IMG/VR virus record: IMGVR_UViG_3300016665_000137
Coordinates: 1-30,577 of that record
Source: a virus
Taxonomy: Duplodnaviria; Caudoviricetes
DNA: 30,577 bases
Direction: 5' to 3' (one strand)
The notes beneath the pieces are model-generated. The model was not told where the DNA came from. It saw only the letters and a list, made by a program, of their open reading frames with translations, and did not search any database. This document shows, in pieces, positions 25,924 to 30,577 of this stretch (positions are counted from its first letter, which is position 1; each line of letters starts with the position of its first letter). The translations under genes and the position numbers were made by a program.

Positions 25924-26465
25924 AGCTTTTCAATCGCTCCCCTGATTAAATCCAATGCTTTCCCCTTCACTGTACCATCCGGGAGCATATTGGGGAAATC
26001 CTGGGGGGTTGCGATAGTGCCGTTCATGGATTTCTTTTTCAGGGTGATGGCCAAATCCCGAATCTGTGCATTCAGGATCCCTTTGGTTTCTTCGGTAAGC
26101 TCCGAGCAGACCGTGCGCCAACCACCCATGCGCTGAACGCATTCCCACCCGATTTCCCCGATGTGGCCCCGTGCGGCCTCGGCCTGGTAGGATCCGAATT
26201 TGGAAACCGCCGCAATCACCCTGGACGCAATGTCCCGGCCATCGTCGGCATCATCCGTGGTTGGCATCATGGCCTCCCGAATGTCCGAAGGCATCGGGAA
26301 ATGCTTTTGCTTTTTCACCCAGGTACGCATGACCGTCATGACCGATTGAGCCGGGAGATCCTCCAGGGCATCGACCATCATCACGAGAGCCTGGGGGCTT
26401 AGTTGCTTGCCGTAAATCATCGCCAGTTGCCCGTACAGCGCAATAAGCTCTTGCTTGGTTTTCAT
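25920..26465 (-). CDS. Replication accessory protein (helicase loader/inhibitor-like)
   Basis: LEDLP...KHFPMPSDIRE and VQRMGGW motifs; directly downstream of the initiator, in the lambda P position. Confidence 0.65.
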   Translation of the reverse strand: MKTKQELIALYGQLAMIYGKQLSPQALVMMVDALEDLPAQSVMTVMRTWVKKQKHFPMPSDIREAMMPTTDDADDGRDIASRVIAAVSKFGSYQAEAARGHIGEIGWECVQRMGGWRTVCSELTEETKGILNAQIRDLAITLKKKSMNGTIATPQDFPNMLPDGTVKGKALDLIRGAIEKL

Positions 26466-27280
26466 GATTGGCTCCTCCGATTCAAAATCTCCAAAGCACC
26501 TTCCACGGCATTCTGGGTTGTTTGTGTTTTTTCAAATTCCCGCACCTGGGTTGCCGTGACCGCCACGCCCCGTTGCCATTGGGTGTGCAGGGATTCCGCT
26601 TGCGAGAGGCAAAGCCCAATCGGGTGTTGGTTGCGAAGATAAAACCCGTCATTGTGGCTCAAGTAAAATCTTACCACCTCGATGGCGGCCTCCCCGAGCC
26701 TACGGCCAAGGGCGGCACATTGCGAGTTGGTTGTGGCATTGCGGATTGGCTCGACCCCATAGCGCCCTCGGTAGGCTTCCCGATAAGCCTCCCAAATCGT
26801 GCTTCCAACACCGGGCCGAGAGGGGGCGTTTTCGACCCCCTCGGGAATATATATATTCTTACTTCTTACTTCTTCCTTCTTACTTCTCTCTTCTCTCTTC
26901 TTACTTCTCCCGGCACTTTGCACAATTTTTGCTTCTCTTTTGCCACCCCGTGTTTCCTGATATTTCAACCAGTTACGCATAAGGAACACCCTGTTTCTCG
27001 GTTGTTTCTCGTCTGTTTCGCAAATGAGATCCGAGCGAGAAACGGACGAGATACAGGCGAGCAATCGGTCAATTCTCGTCGGTTTCATGTTCATTGCTCG
27101 TGCGATTCTCTCGACCGGAATGGACGCTCGACCACGGGTTTCTGGATCCTCAAAACGGGAGATTAATTCCATGAGCACATAGAACAAGGCCACGGCCTCG
27201 TACTCTTTCTGAACTAAAAGGTCACCTATTAGCTGACCCTCATGAGCGGAGTTGTAATGCTTAAACCAAGATAACGACAT
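26462..27280 (-). CDS. Phage replication initiator (replisome organiser / O-like)
   Basis: N-terminal WFKH; central low-complexity linker encoded by 7-bp repeats; C-terminal WEAY...RYGVEPIRNA domain; AGGGGG RBS. Confidence 0.75.
   Translation of the reverse strand: MSLSWFKHYNSAHEGQLIGDLLVQKEYEAVALFYVLMELISRFEDPETRGRASIPVERIARAMNMKPTRIDRLLACISSVSRSDLICETDEKQPRNRVFLMRNWLKYQETRGGKREAKIVQSAGRSKKREERSKKEEVRSKNIYIPEGVENAPSRPGVGSTIWEAYREAYRGRYGVEPIRNATTNSQCAALGRRLGEAAIEVVRFYLSHNDGFYLRNQHPIGLCLSQAESLHTQWQRGVAVTATQVREFEKTQTTQNAVEGALEILNRRSQS
26845..26911. repeat. Tandem 7-bp repeats plus AT palindrome (candidate replication origin)
   Basis: TTCTTAC TTCTTAC TTCTTCC TTCTTAC TTCTCTC TTCTCTC TTCTTAC TTCTCCC (26856-26911); GAATATATATATTC at 26845-26858. 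Confidence 0.7.
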
Positions 27281-27343
27281 AAAGCCCCCTTCAATGATGA
27301 TACTGCGGTTGATGATTTAGGGGATTTTTGCTACTTTTTAGGT

Positions 27344-27432
27344 AAGCAGAGATCCCACGCTTTCTGCGATCCCGATAGAGTTGACGCTCGAATTCGGGAA
27401 CACGGCCAGGCACACCCTGGCCTTTTCTTTTT
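27344..27432 (+). ncRNA. Candidate antisense RNA over the rep leader (three hairpins)
   Basis: Promoter TTGATG-N17-TACTTT with TGn (27309-27337); stems GCAGAGA/TTTCTGC and TCCCGA..GAG-TTGACG-CTC..TCGGGA; terminator GGCCAGG-CACAC-CCTGGCC-TTTTCTTTTT. Confidence 0.65.
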
Positions 27433-27436
27433 GTCC

Positions 27437-27449
27437 GGCAGAATCTGCC
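27437..27449. promoter_or_regulatory. Palindrome, possible operator in a candidate rep promoter
   Basis: GGCAGA-A-TCTGCC just downstream of a minus-strand TTGCAA; the -10 is poor. Confidence 0.35.
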
Positions 27450-27462
27450 TATTTGCAAGCGC

Positions 27463-27504
27463 AAAAAAAATGGCGCCTGGGGAATAACCTAAACCCAAGC
27501 GCCA
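27463..27504 (-). terminator. Intrinsic terminator downstream of rusA
   Basis: TGGCGCTTGGG...CCCAGGCGCCA 11-bp stem followed by TTTTTTTT. Confidence 0.85.
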
Positions 27505-27526
27505 CTAAGGACTAACTACGATGAAC
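27463..27526 (-). ncRNA. Candidate trans-acting sRNA (~64 nt) with an anti-SD/anti-AUG 5' arm
   Basis: TTGATA-N17-TAATCT (27561-27533); 5' arm GTTCATCGTAGTTAGTCCTTAG; terminator hairpin plus T8. Confidence 0.6.
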
Positions 27527-27535
27527 ACCTAAAGA

Positions 27536-27922
27536 TTACAGTTTTTTGACATAAATATCAATAAAACCTTCATTCGGCGCATAAAATTTGCGGCAAGATA
27601 GCATCACAATCTGTGCATCATCCTGCCAAAAAACGCCATTTAGCCCGTCAAAAAGCCCTTTTACGAGGTTGTCCAAATCGGGCTTTACAAAAGGCTCGGA
27701 GCGCCGCACCGAACCGGGCTTCTTGAGGTTGAACATCACCATCACCTCAAGCGGGCCATCCAGGGGCTCCAGGTTGTTTAGCCTGGCATGGTGCCGGGCC
27801 ATGGTCTTAACAGCATTCTCGAAAGCCCTGGTTGCCGCCGGTGTATATACCCGCCCACGAGCCACCCTGGGCCGCCCCTTTGGGATTGGGTTAAGGCTCA
27901 TTCGCATTTTAATCACGCACAT
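27536..27922 (-). CDS. rusA: RusA-family Holliday junction resolvase
   Basis: PIPKGRPR, YTP, KPDLDNLVKGLFDGLNGVFWQDDAQIV catalytic motif. Confidence 0.93.
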   Translation of the reverse strand: MCVIKMRMSLNPIPKGRPRVARGRVYTPAATRAFENAVKTMARHHARLNNLEPLDGPLEVMVMFNLKKPGSVRRSEPFVKPDLDNLVKGLFDGLNGVFWQDDAQIVMLSCRKFYAPNEGFIDIYVKKL

Positions 27923-28076
27923 TCTCCTTCAGCCATTTGATGATTAGGAGCTGTATCATCAAAGAGCGTGACACACCCATTGAGATCCTGAGCTTATCAA
28001 AGCTCTCGAAAAGCTCCTGATCCATGGAGATTGACACAATCTTTGAACTTTTTTCATTTGTTGATTCTTTTTCCAT
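27909..28076 (-). CDS. Ribbon-helix-helix (CopG/Arc-like) regulator, 55 aa, below track cut-off
   Basis: MEKESTNEKSSKIVSISMDQELFESFDKLRISMGVSRSLMIQLLIIKWLKENVRD: alternating beta strand, helix, GVSRS turn, helix. Confidence 0.8.
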   Translation of the reverse strand: MEKESTNEKSSKIVSISMDQELFESFDKLRISMGVSRSLMIQLLIIKWLKENVRD

Positions 28077-28082
28077 GGATTC

Positions 28083-28111
28083 AATTTAATGGCTTTTAAT
28101 AATTTTCACAA
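28083..28111 (-). promoter_or_regulatory. Leftward promoter (leaderless RHH mRNA)
   Basis: TTGTGA-N17-TAAATT, 6 nt before ATG 28076, no SD. Confidence 0.6.
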
Positions 28112-28125
28112 GCCATGCATTTTTT

Positions 28126-28193
28126 TATTGCTCCAGCAATATTTTGTGTTAGATTCAATTCATGGGCAGGACGATCCGGCCCGGAAGGACTAA
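28126..28193 (+). promoter_or_regulatory. Rightward early promoter + operator + 5' hairpin + RBS cassette (copy 2)
   Basis: Palindrome TATTGCT-CC-AGCAATA over TTGCTC-N16-TAGATT (TGn); hairpin GGGCAGGACGATCCGGCCC; AAGGACTAA. Confidence 0.75.
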
Positions 28194-28197
28194 GAAA

Positions 28198-28404
28198 ATG
28201 TATACCAACAAAAACAACGAAACTTTCTCTCTGAACCAAATTGTAAAAGGTCGAGTCTGCGGACATTTTGTTATCATCGGATTTGCTACCGATCTCGATC
28301 CAAAAGAAGTTTACGCTTATCTCAAAGCCTATAACCCTGAAACTGGCGCAGTGGCTCGTGGTCAATTGGCGCTCTCTGTTGAAGATATTAAATACGCAAT
28401 TTAA
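28198..28404 (+). CDS. Early hypothetical protein (68 aa; possible in-frame leaderless start at 28162)
   Basis: AAGGA RBS before ATG 28198. Confidence 0.7.
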   Translation: MYTNKNNETFSLNQIVKGRVCGHFVIIGFATDLDPKEVYAYLKAYNPETGAVARGQLALSVEDIKYAI

Positions 28405-28463
28405 TTAAATCAATAATCCCCGCCCTGGGCAATTACCTGGGGCGGGAAAAAAAGGACTAACAA

Positions 28464-28700
28464 ATGATTACCTGCAAACGATGCGATTCCCCAAACATGA
28501 GAAAAGTATACGGCATGAAAGATTCAGCCTTCGGAGAGTTTTGGTATTCAATCCGTGAAGATTATCAAACCCACATTGCCCAGGATTTTAAACTGGCATA
28601 CCCGGCCACTGCCGCAAAAAAACATTCTTTCAGAGATTTAGGTCATGTGGCCAATTCTTGTGAAGAATGCGGATTTTCCGTCAATAAAAAATATCTTTGA
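28464..28700 (+). CDS. Early protein with split CxxC...CxxC
   Basis: CKRC at the N-terminus, CEEC near the C-terminus; AAGGA RBS. Confidence 0.7.
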   Translation: MITCKRCDSPNMRKVYGMKDSAFGEFWYSIREDYQTHIAQDFKLAYPATAAKKHSFRDLGHVANSCEECGFSVNKKYL

Positions 28701-28726
28701 TTTTACCCGCCTTTAAGGAGACACCG

Positions 28727-28936
28727 ATGAAAACTCAAATCAAAATCAAACCGTTCAATGGCCGCTTCGATTTCTTTATTTCTATCAATGACCGTGTGGT
28801 TCATTGCGAAATCTTCAAAACCATCGAGGAAGCGGAATCCAACGCCGAACGCCTGGTGGAGCTTGCCAAGAATCTCAAGACCCAGGCCGAAGCCCTTGAA
28901 ACAAAGCTCAATGCAATGCTTGGGGGTGGCCAATGA
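28727..28936 (+). CDS. Early hypothetical protein
   Basis: TAAGGAG RBS before ATG 28727; C-terminal coiled coil. Confidence 0.7.
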   Translation: MKTQIKIKPFNGRFDFFISINDRVVHCEIFKTIEEAESNAERLVELAKNLKTQAEALETKLNAMLGGGQ

Positions 28937-29142
28937 CATCCAAGGACAAAGCAAAACTAATTGACCTTGCAATTGAGGCCCTGAAAAAGCAGTACCCCAA
29001 ATCAGGTGAGCCACTGAAGATCAATAAGCCCCGCCGCTTCACGGATCCGAACGATCAAATGGATTATGAGTATTGGCAGGACATGAAAGCCCTTGGCGAT
29101 TATACGGGCACACCCTGGGGCGGAAAATATGACACGATTTAA
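28933..29142 (+). CDS. Early hypothetical protein
   Basis: 69 aa, ATGA overlap, GGTGG RBS. Confidence 0.6.
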   Translation: MTSKDKAKLIDLAIEALKKQYPKSGEPLKINKPRRFTDPNDQMDYEYWQDMKALGDYTGTPWGGKYDTI

Positions 29143-29191
29143 TTTGCATTACTGCGCCAATAATGGCACAACAATAAACAAGGAGAAACAC

Positions 29192-30121
29192 ATGAACACA
29201 ACAAACACTCAAATCACAACCGTAACCGCCGCAAATCCTCAGTTGCCCGTCTACAATCAAGACCGGGTTGAGCTTATCAAGCGCACCGTTGCCCAGGGCG
29301 CTACCAATGACGAATTGGCGCTCTTTATCGAGCAATGCAAGCGCACCGGCCTGGATCCAATTACTCGCCAGATTTATTTTATTAAAGATAAATCCGGCAA
29401 GGTACAAATTCAGACCTCAATCGATGGCTTCCGCTTGGTTGCCGAACGCTCGGGCCAATACGAAGGCCAAACCGCCCCAATGTGGTGTGGCACCGATGGC
29501 GTTTGGAAGGATGTTTGGCTTGCCAAATTCCCTCCTGCCGCCTGTAAGGTTGGCGTGTATAAGAAGGGCTTCCGGGAGGCATTGACCGCCGTTGCGCTGT
29601 TCGACGAATACGCTCAACGCAATTTCAAAGGCGAGCTTAGTTTTATGTGGCAGAAAATGCCCGCCCTCATGATTAGCAAGGTGGCCGAGAGCCTGGCGCT
29701 CCGCAAGGCATTTGCAAACGATCTCTCCGGGCTTTACACCCAAGAAGAAATGGCCCAGGCCAATCAGACCACCGAAACCTACCAGGCCGCCAGCACGGAG
29801 CCGACAACGCTCACCCATGTTGCCACCGTGACCGCTCGGGTTGCTCCCGAACAACCATGGCTCGATGATGGCGCTCCCGCTCCGACCGATGGGCCATATC
29901 GCTTCAAGCAAGGCAAGCACAAGGGCCGCACGATGGAAGAAGTAGGCGAACAGGTTGTCCGTGGTTGGTTTGAATACTGGCAAAAACAGAAGGCTGAAGG
30001 CAAACACCTCTCGGGCTTGCTCCTTCAGGATTTTGAACGGGCCGATGAATACCTGGCCTATTGCGAAGGTGAACACCCTGTTCAGGATGCTACCGACAAC
30101 AACGAAGATGTACCGTTTTAA
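29192..30121 (+). CDS. bet: Bet/RecT-family single-strand annealing recombinase
   Basis: [71 protein letters not shown]...SGLYTQEEM; AAGGAG before ATG 29192. Confidence 0.92.
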   Translation: MNTTNTQITTVTAANPQLPVYNQDRVELIKRTVAQGATNDELALFIEQCKRTGLDPITRQIYFIKDKSGKVQIQTSIDGFRLVAERSGQYEGQTAPMWCGTDGVWKDVWLAKFPPAACKVGVYKKGFREALTAVALFDEYAQRNFKGELSFMWQKMPALMISKVAESLALRKAFANDLSGLYTQEEMAQANQTTETYQAASTEPTTLTHVATVTARVAPEQPWLDDGAPAPTDGPYRFKQGKHKGRTMEEVGEQVVRGWFEYWQKQKAEGKHLSGLLLQDFERADEYLAYCEGEHPVQDATDNNEDVPF

Positions 30122-30172
30122 ATAACACTAACCGCCGCCCTGCCTTCGGGTGGGGCGGCAATAGGGGGAAAA

Positions 30173-30397
30173 ATGGCAATCATTAAATACTTTGATCAGG
30201 ACAGTAAGGGCCGGGTTTTTAACGATGAAACGGGCCGTTATATTTATTGCGATTGTTGCACCGATGAGATTGCAACCACCACAATTAGAAAGGCCGATGG
30301 ATGGCAACCGCTTTGCAATGCTTGCAATGAGGAGTTGGCCCAACACGAGCCGAGTTGCTTGATTTATATTTGCACTTGCACAAGGAGCGGAGCATGA
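30173..30397 (+). CDS. Cys-rich early hypothetical protein
   Basis: CDCC, CNAC and CTC; AGGGGG RBS. Confidence 0.65.
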   Translation: MAIIKYFDQDSKGRVFNDETGRYIYCDCCTDEIATTTIRKADGWQPLCNACNEELAQHEPSCLIYICTCTRSGA

Positions 30398-30570
30398 ACA
30401 GAAGATCAGTTGAAAAAGAAATAGAGCGCATTAACCGAAAGCTGAGATCGACGGATCCAGAAGAATACCTGGATGAAGAGTATCGGGAACAATACGAGAC
30501 CAGGCTTTACAATTTGGAACGCATCTTATCTAAGATTGAAGATTTCGAGGACGACAATGAGCGATTTTAA
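30394..30570 (+). CDS. Small highly charged hypothetical protein
   Basis: GGAG RBS, ATGA overlap at 30394; 58 aa, E/D/R-rich. Confidence 0.6.
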   Translation: MNRRSVEKEIERINRKLRSTDPEEYLDEEYREQYETRLYNLERILSKIEDFEDDNERF

Positions 30571-30577
30571 TGAATAC

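Noticed and set aside
26856-26911. Repeat array as CRISPR or DGR element
   Set aside because: 7-bp tandem units without spacers; no cas or reverse transcriptase gene in the window.
29093-29191. N-terminal extension of bet given by the ORF track
   Set aside because: It overlaps the upstream gene; AAGGAG positions the start at ATG 29192.
1-30577. Host or phage taxon assignment
   Set aside because: No marker here lets me name a host or genus without a database search.

Overview
A 30.6-kb segment of a tailed dsDNA phage or prophage with podovirus-type morphogenesis and lambdoid-type replication/recombination genes. The minus strand carries one long late module, read right to left: GNAT, terS, terL, portal, scaffold, major capsid, decoration, tail adaptor, fibre, nozzle, three internal/ejection proteins, then fibre/receptor-binding genes running off the left edge. 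An accessory patch at 22.8-25.5 kb holds a GNAT, an atypical tRNA-like gene, a self-contained 102-aa cassette, a metallophosphoesterase, a small zincin and a secreted protein. Next come an XRE/replication/RusA/RHH block (minus strand) and a divergent plus-strand early operon with a Bet recombinase. No integrase, lysis genes, polymerase or CRISPR array is recognisable. Four signals stand out. (1) A promoter- and terminator-bounded ~64-nt candidate sRNA at 27463-27526 has a free 5' arm complementary to the translation-start regions of five early genes, and lies next to a second antisense RNA over the rep leader. (2) An ejection protein is built from a duplicated 48-aa leader module and carries an M91/NleD-like HExxH protease cargo, with an internal RBS and slippery A-run at the junction. 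(3) A tRNA-like gene has a 25-nt anticodon arm. (4) Early promoter/operator/hairpin cassettes are repeated with compensatory base changes. All calls come from motif reading and synteny by eye; no database search was run.
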